A stretch of 64,000 nucleotides of DNA from the human T2T-CHM13v2.0 reference genome, Homo sapiens. This document shows positions 1-14,590 of this stretch, in pieces. Position 1 is the stretch's first letter. The number at the start of each line of letters is the position of its first letter. Made by a program: the position numbers and the translations under genes. The DNA lies in assembly GCF_009914755.1 (NCBI RefSeq), contig NC_060939.1. One strand, 5' to 3'. Under the pieces are notes generated by a model that was not told the origin of the DNA, made no database searches, and saw only the letters and a list, made by a program, of their open reading frames with translations.

Positions 1-903
1 AACCCAATGCATTATTTTCACTGATGAAGAACTGAGGTCATTTTAGAGGAAATTACTGGTCACAGAGCTTGAATAGTTTTAGGCAATCACTTTAGGGGCA
101 AGCTGGATGTGGAGCATGCCCTCTGAAGTGAATGGCCCTCCAAGGACTAAGGAAGGAGAAGAGGGGCAGGGACTGGCTGAGATGAGCCACCAGTACCCGT
201 GTTCTTCACAGAGCTGTAGGCACTCCCCTAGTAGTCTTTAAATTGATACAAAAATCTAAAAATACCTCCTTATCAGGCTTCCCATGGTATCCGGAATATC
301 CCTCATTATTCATTTCTTTGGACTAAGACATTGGAAGATACTAGGAGACTAAATCCTTGGGAAAGTTAACACCTTAATCTGGTATCATCTTTAATACTTT
401 GGCCTCAATTTAATCCCTAAGTTTGACTGCTGGTCGTCATTCAGGATCCTGATTAAATAAGACACAGAAAGGTGCACTTTTCAGGGGGAAATGATGGGTA
501 GGAAAGTCCACTACATTCAAATCTACCCAAATGCACAGGGTCAGTTAAGGACTGATGGTAAGTGGTGGGTCTCGGCGGTGGGATGGTGTGGTGAGATGAG
601 CAGGCCATTAAAGCCAGGCTTTTGCCATGTCACGTGATTGCCCAGGCTGGGATGTGTGAAAGCACGCCTCCTTCAGGGTCAGATTTCACTGCATCTGAGC
701 ATGTGACCAGCACTGAGATATCTGTAAGACCCTGTTCTGTTCTCCAAATCTACAGAAAACCCCTTATTGACCAAATGGTAATTTGTTCACTTTTAAAATA
801 CCAGGGTTAGAATAAGTAGCTTAAAAGTAACCTATCATAGAATACTTAGTTGAAATGACACCTAAATGGCTTTCTCAATTTACTTTCTGGAGATTAAAAA
901 TAA

Positions 904-1237
<334 letters not shown>

Positions 1238-1562
1238 TGGAGATACTTTTTGTTTAAATTTATAATAGATTTAATTTGCTGAAGTCATGATTTTATTTTA
1301 TTTCTTATTTCAACAGTAGAAATTTAAAAATAAGCATGATCAGACATGTATATATCAAAAATGGCAAACTACTAAAACCTCAAGTCAATGAAAAGTTTTT
1401 GAAACTTAATCTAATGCAACTGGTGTTTTGTTTGGGTGTTAAGCATCAGAACTCCTTTATTAAGACGAAGTCTTATGGAGAAGCTAGTATGCAAAAGAGT
1501 AAAGAACAGAGCTGCACTAGTTGAAGGTCCAGAAGGGGAACTAGAGGCAGCCCATTTGGGCC

Positions 1563-1975
1563 TCTATTAATCAGCTTTTCCTACAATAGTGCTGTGTAAC
1601 AACGAACCCCAAAGTTTTAACACCTTATAACCACATATATTTATTTTTTGCTCACAGGTCTGTGGGATGGTTGCCTTGGCTCTGTTCCAGGCTGGGAGAT
1701 CGGTTTAGTTCTGCCCACAAATATTCTCATTGTAGGACCAGACTAAAGGGGCACTTGATGCTCTTATAGCAGGCAGCAGGGGTGCAAGAGGTTAAAGTGG
1801 AAACATAAATCACCTTTCAAAGCATCTGCTCAGAATTGGCATACTGTCACTTCCACACAAATGTCATTGAGCAAAGCAAATCATATGGCCATTCCCTGCA
1901 TCTGTGGAGTGGGAATGTGAACTCCTCCTATGGAAAGAGGGGTAGAGCACTTGCTGATTGAAATATTATCCACCA
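1563..1975 (-). mobile_element. Old MaLR LTR (MLT1J/K-like)
   Basis: Motifs gctgtgtaacaa..ccccaaa, ggcatactgtcacttcc and ttgagcaaagcaaatcatatggcc are typical of reverse MLT1. Confidence 0.7.
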
Positions 1976-3534
1976 TTTACCTCTTTCCTTCTTCCCCTCA
2001 ATCACCTCCATAGAAACCCAAGGTACTAAAAAGTAGAGTTTGAAAACTGATAATCGAATTCAGTTCCCTTCCTTTTACATATGTGGAAAGTGAGGTTCAG
2101 GGTGAAGCCTGCCTTATCACACCAAGTTCATGGTATACCTAGAACCAGAACTCAGTTTTTCTAACCTGTTGCCCAGTGATCAATCCACCAGGAAACAGTA
2201 CCTCTCCCCTAAATAATAATGCTCCAATGGATTAAATAGATATTTTATATACTTAAAATTTTTAGGCTTTATGTAAAACTTATAATTATAAGGAACATAG
2301 TGAAACTATCAATTAGCTTGTGCCTGGAGTCGATTCAGCCCACTTATTCAAATCTTCTAATTTCATCCATGTCAAAAGCATCTTGGCAAAGATTTGCTGC
2401 CAATCGTAATCGTTGGACTTGGTCTAAGGCCCCTCAGGAGAGAAGATGGGATGAAAGTTTGGGAGGAAACAAGGAATTTTATTGTACTTTTGGTTGTTTT
2501 TGCTTTATGTTTTCAACTTCATTTGTTTGTTTTCAATCCGGGACATTTTCCTGATCAACGTGAAACAGCTCATCATGTAGCTTCCCTATAAAAACGACAT
2601 GTAATTCCCAACAAACTCAAGAGGAGTCACAGACTATTTGTGTATTTTAGTGGAGGAAAAGAACAGCCAGTTATATATTTTTGAAGATTTCCAAAATGGT
2701 GTTTTTTCTTATGCAGTTAGCAAGCACTACTCAAAGATTCTCAAACTTTTTTTTTTTCTTCTATTAAATGTCTTCATGCCAATCTGGAGATTTTAGAGTG
2801 ATGGGCTTTTCTAAGCTCTTAGCACTTCCTTTTAGAAACAGGAGTATTGAAAGATCAATATTCCTTACAAATTGGTAAAAAACTTAAGCAAGTCTTTTGC
2901 TTCTTCTGCTATTAAACAGCAGAGAGCAGCAGTCCCAGACTTGCTTAATTCTTAAGTAATGAACTTCTGTGTTTTGGGGGGAGAAACTTGGCTGCTGATA
3001 GAGTGACTGTTCTTTAGTGCATGTGAGCCCATGGACCTAGGAGAACATCTTTCTGAAGATACCGACACTGGTGTGCTCTTTCTTTGCTAGAGACAGATGG
3101 TACCCCCTTCACCCTCCTGACTGAATGTTCCTGTAACCTGAAGATCTCAGGAACAGTCAAGAGAAAGGCTTTTGCTGGAGTGAAAGTGTGAATCTTCTGA
3201 GTAACCCGAGAGAGGAGGAAATGAAGGGGAAAGAACTAACAGCAAAAAGCAGGGCTAGGACAAGTGATCCTCCCGGTGCCTGCAGCCTTTATCCCTTCTT
3301 CCCAGAAGGCAAGATGCATAAGGAGATAACCTCAACTTTTAGGACAGCATTCCAGCATTCTCCTGAAGCTTTCCCTGCAATAAACCAGCACTGCCCCAGA
3401 AGCAGTTAAGCGTATGATCTAGCCTAATCTCTGTTAGTGAAAAACCAAAGTTTAATGATATGGGTCCATACAACGAAGGAGTATGTTCTAATGCCTGGAT
3501 ATCTGTGAACTTGTCATGTTGCTTAAACTCCCTC

Positions 3535-3927
3535 TGATTGTTGGATCCATCCCTACCCAAATCTCATGTTGAAATGTAATCCCCAATGTTGCAGCAGGTG
3601 GAGCCTGGTGGGATCTGATTGGATCATGGGGGTGGATTTCTCATGAATGGTGTTCTCATGATAGTGAGTGAGTTCCCACAAGATCTGGTGGTCTAAAAGT
3701 GTGTGGTGCCTTTCTCTTCTCTCTCTTGCTCCTGCTTTTGCCATGTGAGATCCCTGCTTCCTCTTGGCATTCTGCCATGATTTAAGTTTCCTGAGGCCTC
3801 CCAGGAAGCAGATGCCGCTATGTTTCCTGTACAGTCTGCAAAACCATGAGTCAATTAAACCTATTTTCTTTATAAACTACTCAATCTTGGATATTTCTTT
3901 ATAGCAATGTGAGAACAGCCTAATACA
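3535..3927 (+). mobile_element. MaLR solo LTR (MSTA/MSTB)
   Basis: cccaaatctcatgttgaaatgtaatcccc ... aattaaacct ... gagaacagcctaataca terminus. Confidence 0.9.
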
Positions 3928-4199
3928 TCATCTGTCCAGAAACTAAAAAAAATGTAAATTATTGAATGAAACATCAGCTTTGTTCCAGATTTAACTTGAT
4001 GGCCCTATCTCATCTTTGTGGCCTTCCAGTGGAAACTATAATAGTTCTTACAATACAAGCTACCCTTTGAGATCAATGTGTAGCATTTGAGATTAATTTT
4101 GTAGCATTTTAGATCTAAAAAGTTGACATAAGAAATCACCTAGCATAGCCTCATTTAACGGTTAACTAAAAATCAGCAACAAAAGGAGTTTTTCTTAGA

Positions 4200-4797
4200 G
4201 TGGTAGGCAGAATTCTGGCACACACTCCCCAAGATTCCCACCCACAGTGTACACACACTTTGTAAGCTTCTACCCTTGAATGTGGGTGGGACTGTGAATA
4301 TGATGAATTTCACTCTTATGGTTAGGTTATGTTATATGGAAAAGGTGAAGGATTTTTTTTCAGATGTAACTAAGGTTCCTAATGAGTTACTCAAAAGGGA
4401 GGTTATGTTGGGTGGGTCTGAGCTAATCAGGTGGGCCTGTAAAAGAAGTGAGAGATTCAAAACAAGAGTGATCCTCTATTGGCCTTGTAGAAACACCCTT
4501 CCCTGCTGCTGACAGGACCACATGGCAGAGGACAGCGGGCCTTCTCTGAGGAGCTGAAGACATCAGTCCTGTAGCCACAGGGAACTGAATTCTGCCAACA
4601 ACCAGCATGAGCTTGAAAGAGCCCCTCTAGCCTCAGAAAAGAGCATGGCCCTGGTCAGGACCTGCTAAGACCCTGAGTACAAGACCAGGCTCACCTATGC
4701 CATAATCCTGACCCACAGAAACTGTGCAACAATAAATTTGGGTCAAACTAAGCCTCCAAGTGGTGCTAATTTGTTACAAAGCATAGAACACTAATAC
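4200..4797 (+). mobile_element. MaLR solo LTR (MLT1F/E-like)
   Basis: tggtaggcagaattct start; ggaactgaattctgccaacaacc; gcatagaacactaatac end. Confidence 0.8.
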
Positions 4798-5240
4798 GCT
4801 TAGATCAAATGTTGGATCCTAGCAATGCTGGACCTAGAAAAATTTCTGTATTAACAACTCAGTTCCCTCTGGTTATTGCTCTGTTGGGAGACCTCAGTAT
4901 CCCTCACCCCAGCCCATCACCACCACCACCACCAAGAACACAAACTAAAATGGAACTCCCAAATGAACTCAGAACTTTTGAAAAGGAATTCACAGAAGAG
5001 AGTCACTACACCCAGCTGGGATGAACCCAGACAGATGAAAAATGGGGTTTATGACTGTATACTCACAAATGTAGGATGGAAATTACACACTGACAGCCCT
5101 TGGGCCCCACATACCTTGCAGAGGTGGTTTCCTTCACCAACATAATGCTTTAAAAAATGGAATTTGTTGTCAATATGTAAATTTTTTAATTGTATAGAAA
5201 AATTAGAATGGCTGGCTTTTCTTGACAATTTGGAAGATAG

Positions 5241-6830
<1,590 letters not shown>

Positions 6831-9380
6831 ACCAAGATGCCCAACCCCTTGTTCTGCAAAAACAGCAGTGCCCTCACCCTCCGCAGTGCTGCTGTTACCA
6901 TTAGAGTTAATGATCGCCTTCTGTTCATATCCCCATGGCCTAAACCTCAGGCGTCCTAGCGGCCCCAGTTTGGGTTTAGGCACAGGGCACATTGTCCTGC
7001 AGCCACTTTGGCCCAGAGCCCAAGTCCTCATTTGTCAAGTAAAAGGGGTACCCCACCTGCAATTTCCTGCCATCTCTGACTACTCCTCAGTGCACCTCTC
7101 AGAACCTCATCTCCCCCAGATCACAAGCACTGACATACATTTCAGTCTTCTGTCACAGCATCACTCACATCCAGCAGCTGGCATGCTCCTAGGTCTTATT
7201 AGCATGAGAGGGCACAGACCCATGCCACTGTCTTAACCCGAAGTACCAGAATGGACAGTGTAGCCTGGACACCAGCCAGGAAGAAAGCCTTCCAATGGGT
7301 AAGAAAATGTGTATGAAAGAAACGTTTAAACTACAAAGCACAATACAAATGCCAGAAGTGGCGATCCATAGTACTACTGCATCAATACTAGAACTGAAAA
7401 TGTAAATTATGCGTTCTCCAGTGAGTTTGGGGGCTTGCAACCATAGTGGTTTGCACTCATTTGCATCAGGCTTTTATTGTCTTATTTATGCTTGAGACCA
7501 GCTCATTAAAAGACAGTGACATTTGTCTTCGAGCAACACAAGAGAGCACCACCCGCAAGAGAGCAGCTTGCACAGTTTTGCTGCTTGACCTGCTCGCCTC
7601 TGGACATCCGGGAGTGGTAGGAGGCTTCTGGTGCTTCCCAGGTGCCAAACCATTTCTTGGATAGCTTTGGACAGACTCTGTTGCCTATGCTGAGAGGTCC
7701 TTCTGGACTTTTTCACCGACAAATTCTCTGATTCCCTCTCAGGAGTTTTGCCTTTTCGATGTGCATAAAGAGGAGTAGTCGGCAGGGAAACACCTTAAAT
7801 GTGCTGCTCCCTGGCTCAGGAAGCTGCAAATTCCACCCCCCTCCCCCACCCCAAACCTCCCACCAGTACCACCTGTCTTCTCCCCACTCTCCAGGTAAAT
7901 AATTCCCCTTTCTGGGGGTCAGTGTGGCATAATTCCCTCTGTGCTATTTTTCTGTCCTGATCCAAGATTCCCTTTGTTATGGCTGAATGGACAAACACAG
8001 AGTCCACGTGAACCAATGGTTGAGTGCCTTACACCTAAGGGGAAAAAAAATCCTTTCATAAAACTGCTTTGACAAGAATTTCCAAATAGAGATCTTCAAT
8101 GTAGAATGGCTGGTCGGGACCTGTGTACGAAGCTCCATATAGAGGCTGAAATTCATTTCTTTAAAATTGTCGCTTATTTCCTGTTTCCTCCTTTACAAAT
8201 GAAGGTACTGCCAGAAAATTTTCCTGTATCAAGGACATACAGATTGTGCCTTCCCTGAATCACAGTTCACTCTTTATTCATTCAATGAACACTCTGATTA
8301 ACTTCCATTGATTAGGGGTAAGAACTCACTACGAGTGAGGTATTATTTGCAAAAAAAAAAAAATGCTCCCAATTCAGTTTCCTTTGTATGACAATATAAT
8401 TAAAAGGCATCCTCCAAGGCCAGGGAGCTCCTAAGGGGAAGGAATTGTGGCAAACATTCAAGTCCACATAACCTCCGTCACTTGTGATTTGGCACCTGAA
8501 ATAGTTACATGGTTTGGAAGATTTTTTTTTTTTTCAGTATTGAACAATAAGCTGATTATTTCACATTTTTAAAAGTCAGTTTCAAATGCTTTTTTTTTTT
8601 TTTTTAATCTGCAAACCAAGAACCTGGAAAGGAATACAAATTCCTTCCTGGAAAACATGTATCCCTTCCTGCCCTCCCTCCACGCCCTGATAAATAACAT
8701 GAGCATGCAGCGATTTGCCAACAGCAGCTCCAGGCATGAGGCACAACATCTGTTACTGAGACACTGGAGAGACAGTGGAAAGCAAGTTGGCTGCCTGCCA
8801 ACCCTCAGACTCCAGATTTTTGCTGACAAGGCTGTCAATAAATGGGCAGATGGCATCAGCTCTGCTGGCAGGAGAGTTCAGTTAACCCAGTGCGGGACAT
8901 TATCTCAAATTCATGGTGCACCAGGCTGAGCCCTTTGTTGGGCCATTAAAGCCATTCCTTGATGGAGAAGGGAGAGCAGGACTAGGAAATCAGGAGGCAC
9001 TAGCTTCATTTAATTAGATTAACTAAGCCTTCCACAGTGGCAGCCAGAATCAGATTAGCCCTTGTGACCATGAAAAGCTATGTATTTTTTTTTTTGTTTT
9101 TGGAGGGCGGGGAGATACCTCATTCACACATTGCATTTTATGCCATTTAAACATAAGGATCTAATTCTCAGTAGTTATGGATACCCCTGCAAAGAGAACT
9201 TAACCCAAAATAAACATTAGGAAAGATCTACACGTCTCCTCTGCAAGCAAGCGCATGGCTGCATTGTCCTATAAGAACTGTATGCAAATATGTGAGCAGT
9301 GCTAGCAGCATTTAGATGAAAAGCTAGCATGGGCTCCATGTCCTATCAAGCCCAGGAATATCACGGCTAACTCTCAGAGA

Positions 9381-9396
9381 TGTCCTCTGGTGGTGA
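9381..9396 (-). promoter_or_regulatory. Possible CTCF motif
   Basis: TGTCCTCTGGTGG is one mismatch from the common CTCF core TGCCCTCTGGTGG. Confidence 0.25.
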
Positions 9397-9653
9397 ATTG
9401 GGGACAACACCCTTTCCTATCTGAAAGAATGATTAAAACCCTTTAGAATAGAAGCTTGTGGTGATTGCAGTGTAATCTCATGAGCATAGGACTAAGACAG
9501 ATCTGCAGTGGGATCTGAAGCAGGTCATTTAAACAACTCTCCCCATCTTCCCATCTACACAAACCACTCGGCTATTGGAAGTAATAAATGAGATAATTCC
9601 ACACATCTGCATAGTATTTTAGAGTGACAAAGTTGCTTTTGTATATTCTAAGA

Positions 9654-9823
9654 CAGTGGTGATTTTACCCTCCAGGAAACATCTGGCAATGTCTGGAGAC
9701 ACTCTTGGCATCTAGTGGGTGGAGGCCAGGATGCTGCTAAACATCCTCCAATGCACAGGACAGACTCCACGACAAACAGTCATTCAGCCTGAAATGTCAG
9801 TAGTTCAAGGGGGAAAAACGCTG
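9654..9823. mobile_element. MER20 (hAT-Charlie), internally deleted
   Basis: ggcaatgtctggagaca ... ggcatctagtgggtggaggccaggatgctgctaaacatcct. Confidence 0.85.
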
Positions 9824-10407
9824 CACCAGGATGATGTAAGTAAAAGTTCTTCATACCCCATGAAAATGAGAGAAAAGAAAGAGGGGCTGGCTACCACGGT
9901 GTGGAGAGAGAAACTTAGATATTTGTTCTTAATGTCACTTAATTTCAGTGTCACTATTCCAAATGTTATTTTCTTTTTAACCCTTCACTAAAACATCAGT
10001 TCCCGCAATTTCTTCGAGCTGGTCTTATTAATCAGATTTGAATGATGAAATATCACATCCATAAAAGGCATTTTGGGTTTAGCTAGTTATTATCAAATGA
10101 GAGTATGCATCTGCCCAATAACTAGGCATATAACACATTGAATAGAAGCATGGCTAATTAGCAACTGGGATCTGAGATGTCAACAGGATTTGGGGGATTA
10201 AAAGGAAATTAAGATGACTTCAGAATGTATGGGGTTAGGGATTTGGGGTTTATCTGCAAAGGTGGTCTCTTTCTCGTTTCTCCTCTTGGGTTTGAATTGT
10301 TTTGGACAGACAAGAGAAGAGGGATGACTCACTCCCTGTTTTGAATGTGTAGCTGCCCTTTTTAGGTATCAGTCTGGCAAGTCTCTGGCCTGCCACTCTC
10401 TTGTTAG

Positions 10408-10845
10408 GGTTATGAGCTGAACTGTTTCCCCCCAGAATTCCTATGTTGAAGTCTTAATTTCCAGTACCTGGAAATCAGGGCATTGCAAATGGAATTAGTT
10501 AAGATGAGGTCATACTGGAATAGGTTGGGCCCCAATCCAGTAAGATTGGTATCCTTTTAAAAAGGGGGAATTTGGATACCAACACACACAGGGAAAACAC
10601 CTTGTGAACACAAAGGCAGAGATCGTGGTCATGCATCTAGAAGCTCAGGAACACCAAGACTGTGCCAGCAAACCACCAGAAACTAGGAAAGACACAGAGA
10701 ACAGATTCTTTCTCACAGCCCTCAGAAGGAATCAGCCCTTGATCTCAGGCTTCCAGCCTCCAGACCTGTAAGACACTAAGTGTTTGTTGTTGAAGCCACT
10801 CAGTTTGTGGTCTTTGTTACTGTTACTGCAGCTGTAGCAAACCAT
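10408..10845 (+). mobile_element. MaLR solo LTR (MLT1A/B/C)
   Basis: aagatgaggtcatactgga; ccagcaaaccaccagaaactagga; cttccagcctccaga. Confidence 0.85.
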
Positions 10846-11221
10846 CAGGTAGATAGGAATTCAAGCAATGGAAGGGAGACAGACTATTCTTGATGGTCAT
10901 CTTCCACCCGCTGCCACCCTCACCCAATTGCTCATAAGGAGCATACAACTATCTGCTCAACTTACGCAGTGAAAGCCTCTACCCTATCTCCTCTCTAGCA
11001 GGCAAAAGGAAGGGAGCTAGGCAATACAACAGCCCTCATTTCCTTATGACCCAGGCAAGGTTTCCAGGAATATTTGCTGCATAGCTGAGTGAAAAACCCT
11101 TTCCTTAAAATATCATAAGAGGGTGGGAAATGACGGAGGCAATGCTGCTTACTTTGGTTCCTTCTACTCAATAGGTTCGGGACCTGGCACTTGCAAACCC
11201 TTCACATGTAGGGCTAGGTTC

Positions 11222-11380
11222 ACAGTTGTGCCTACCCCTGGAGGCATATTAGCAGCTCTGGGAACTTAAAACAACAACAACAACAACAACGTTTAGGGCC
11301 CTTTCCAGACCAGAATCTCTGAGAGGAGGGCTCAAGCATCATCCACAGGTTGAGACACACCAGGATGGAGACCCACTGGA
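11222..11380. mobile_element. MER5A-like fragment containing (CAA)n
   Basis: agaatctctg..gggc..aagcatc..gttgaga pattern; CAA repeat at 11271-11290. Confidence 0.5.
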
Positions 11381-11399
11381 CCAGAAGGGGTCACCTGCA

Positions 11400-12330
11400 A
11401 GGAATGACACGCTGGAGGAGGACAAAGGCCAAAGCATGTGATTCTTGCAGGACTTTATGGCCATGCTATGGAGGAGACAATGCGGAACCCCCAAAGTATT
11501 TTAAGCTAGGGAGTAATACGGTCAAATTTCCATTTAGACAAATTATTTTAGCAATGTTAAGCAGGATGCTTTAGAAAGAGGAGGTGAGGAGAGCATGAAG
11601 ACCAGTCAGAAGGCTTTGCAGTGGTCCAGGACAGCATTGGTGAGAATGAAAATGGAAGCATTTCCCTATTTCCCCTGCCCCGCCTAGCCCCCAGCCCCTG
11701 GCAATCAGTAGTCTACTTTGGAAATGGGTTGCAATGGTGTGGATTTCAAAAATATGCAAGTGATAACATTGATGGGACTTTAGACCCATGAGATTTGGGC
11801 ATTAAGAGGGAGGGAGGAATCAAAAGTGAAGCCCAGTGTTTCTTGCTTCAGAACTGGATATTTGGTGGTGAAATTTACGAGATAAGAAGCCCAGAAAGAG
11901 ACCCACATGAGTTCTGTTCCAGACGTGTTGAGATAAAGGGATCCACGAGGAGGCTGGAGCTCTTCAGGTCTGGAACTTGGACAGGCATGTTAGGCTGAGT
12001 TGTACTTTTGCAAGTTTCTCGAAAACAGATTGAGAAAGAAGAGGACCATGAACAAAACCCCCGGGAACCCCTAAGGATGCACAGAAAAAGGAGGAACACA
12101 GGAGCAAAGGGTGCCACAGAGAAAACAAGAGAAGAGAGGATTTCAAGAAACAGGGAGGAGTTAACAGTGTCAAAGGCAGCGGAGAACTTAGGTAAGATAA
12201 GTACTGAGGATTGTCTGGTGGATTTGGCGATTTAGCAAAAGAGTTTCTGTGGATCAGTGGGGAAAAGAAAGGAGGTAAGAGAGGATTGAGGAACAACTGA
12301 GAGGGGAGCATGCGTAGCTGGTAAAGAACT
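11400..12330 (-). mobile_element. L2 LINE fossil (contains a small insert at 11656-11721)
   Basis: Purine-rich L2 antisense motifs agaccagtcagaaggctttgcagtggtccagg and gttaacagtgtcaaaggcagc. Confidence 0.7.
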
Positions 12331-12366
12331 GTATTTGTAATAATAATATGCCTAGTACCCTCATAA

Positions 12367-12815
12367 AGTTTTTTTATTGTAGTAACATACATGAACATAA
12401 AATTTACTCTTTTAACCATCTTAACGTATACACATTGGTGAGTAAAGTACACGTACAGTGTTGCACAACCATCACCACTGTGCAGGTCCGGAACTAAAAT
12501 GAACACTCCAATAAACTTCCAGTCCCAAAAAGTAAACTTTATACCCATAAAGAGTCATTCCCTATTTCCACCGCCCTGCTTAACCCCCAGCCCCTGGCAA
12601 TCAGTAATCTTGTTTCTTTCTGTATGGATTTGCCTATTCTGAATATTTCATATAAATGGAATAGTACAAGATGTGGTCCTTTGGGCTGATTTCAAAAGAC
12701 CTTCTCGTGTTTTCAAGGTTCATCCATGTTACAGCATGTGTCAGTACTTCATTCTGTGTCTAGGGCTCAATAATATTCCACGTTATAGATATATTTTGTT
12801 TATCTATTCATGGAT
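12367..12815 (-). mobile_element. L1MB-type 3' end
   Basis: aaatttac..ttttaaccat; ccccagcccctggcaa; ggatttgcctattctg; ttcaaggttcatccatgtt. Confidence 0.85.
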
Positions 12816-12889
12816 ATTTGGGTACATGGATATGTGGATGGATATTTGGATCACTATAAATAAAGTTTAAGGTTTACAAATCACTATCT

Positions 12890-13310
12890 CAGTCTAGGTT
12901 GTGTCCGGGTCCTTTTAGAGGCAGATGCTGAAACAATTAATGTGCAAGGATTTTTTTTAGGAAAGCCACCTGTGAAAGAAAATGGGACCGGGGGCTAGAT
13001 AAGGTGGGGAGAACATGACCCAAGTCTCCCTCAGTGAAGGGGAGAGGAAGAGAAGGTTGGATGGAATCGTCCCGTGCACCAGAGAGTCTAAAAGAGGCTC
13101 ACCAAGACCTGTGGAGAGTCTGGAAGCCGAAGTCAGATGTTAAAGGAATTCTGAGTGTCCTGTTAATGGGCCTGCCTTAATATCCCTGCCCAGTTCAGTC
13201 ACTGACTAGAGGAGCTGGTAAGTCCTGGGCACAAAAACAGCAATGATCCTCGGCCTTTAAAGCACCCTATACTTGTTGATTTATGCAGTGTCTTCTCATG
13301 GCCCCCACAC
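12890..13310 (-). mobile_element. Ancient ERVL-class LTR (subfamily uncertain)
   Basis: gggtcc..gaggcagatgctgaaaca..gtgcaaggattt pattern of old ERVL LTRs. Confidence 0.45.
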
Positions 13311-13451
13311 AATCCTCAATGTATGAAATGAGTATTATTATTATTATCCATATTTGAGAGCTCAAGAAAACATAATCTTAGAGAGATTGTCTTACCCACT
13401 ATCAATCAGCCAGTAAGTGGTAAACCTAATTATTAAACTCAGGTTTTCCAA

Positions 13452-13847
13452 TGTTAAAGCAAACTAAATATGGCCTGAGAAGGACTCTGTACTTCTATAT
13501 TTGAGTCCTTGTGGATGAACTGTAGCCAGGCTTAATAGTCAGACAAAATCAAAAACCTAACTTAATAGTATGCACCCATAACAATAGCTGAGTGTTGGCC
13601 AATCCCAGCGGCCATACTTCATAGACTGCTCATAGACTGCTGAGTGTTCAAACTGTGTTCTGTTCCTCACTTCCAATTCCTGCATGTCACTCTACCTTTT
13701 TTTTTTCTATAAATTTTTTCTGACCATGAGGCACCCTTGGAGTCTCTGTGAATCTACTGTGATTCTGGGGGCTCCCTGACTTGAGAATCATTCATTGCTC
13801 AATTAAACCCCTTTAAATGTAATTAGGCTGAGGTTTTTATTTTATCA
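13452..13847 (+). mobile_element. ERV1 solo LTR MER57A-like
   Basis: TGTTAAAGCAAACTAAATATGGCCTGAGAAGGACTC start, TTTTATCA end; 4-bp flanks CCAA/CTAA. Confidence 0.88.
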
Positions 13848-13859
13848 CTAACAAACCTC

Positions 13860-14590
13860 TGCTTCTCCCAAACAACTTCAAGATATTTCTAGAATCAGAT
13901 TGTTCATCTCCATTCTTGGTTCTGTTATTATTTGGAAGTTCTCTCAACTCAATATCTGGACTATTGCCTCTAAATAGTCCCACTGATTTCCAAGCTGATC
14001 TCTGTACTAATACCGTGACTATTTTTTTAAAAACGCACAGTATCATGTACTTCAAGCATTCCCCTTCTCAGATAACTTGGATAGGTCCCTACTCTTATAA
14101 AAAAAAAAAAAAAAAGGAACCTAACCCCTTGACAGGACTTGCTAGGGCTTTAGAATCTTTTCTTTCCTCCCCTTCCTATATGCTAAACCCACCAGCTGCC
14201 TCCCCTACACCTGCCCAATGTGCCTTACCCATGGCCATGGCCATAAAACTGCTCTCTGTTCCCCCAAATGTCCTTTACCATCTCAGACCTCTTGCCTCAT
14301 GAGCCCTCTCAGCCATTCCTGAGTCCCCTCTCCATTTCTTTGATCTTAGAACAGGTACTCAGCCTTCAAGACACAGCTTCTCTGATCTTCAAAGCAGAAT
14401 CCGTGCTCCTCTAGAACTTTGCGCAAATATGATTAAGCATCTGTAAAGCTGCATTGTAATTAATCGGCTAGTTATTTGGGACTCAAGACCGTGAATTCCT
14501 TGAGGGAAGGGATGGAGGCTAATTCATCTTCACTCTCCCTATACCTCATGCAATTCCTATCACACAGTAGCTGCTTAATTGATGTTTATA
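13860..14590 (+). mobile_element. L2 LINE 3' fossil
   Basis: Pyrimidine-rich L2 sense sequence ending ccttgagggaaggga...cacacagtagctgcttaattgatgttt. Confidence 0.65.

Noticed and set aside
3456-3540. Possible insert splitting the MST LTR start (TGATATGG at 3456)
   Set aside because: The LTR can equally start at 3535; the TSD does not discriminate and no donor was found
11964-12548. 194-aa - strand ORF
   Set aside because: Spans an L1MB 3' end and L2 fossil; no protein-like character
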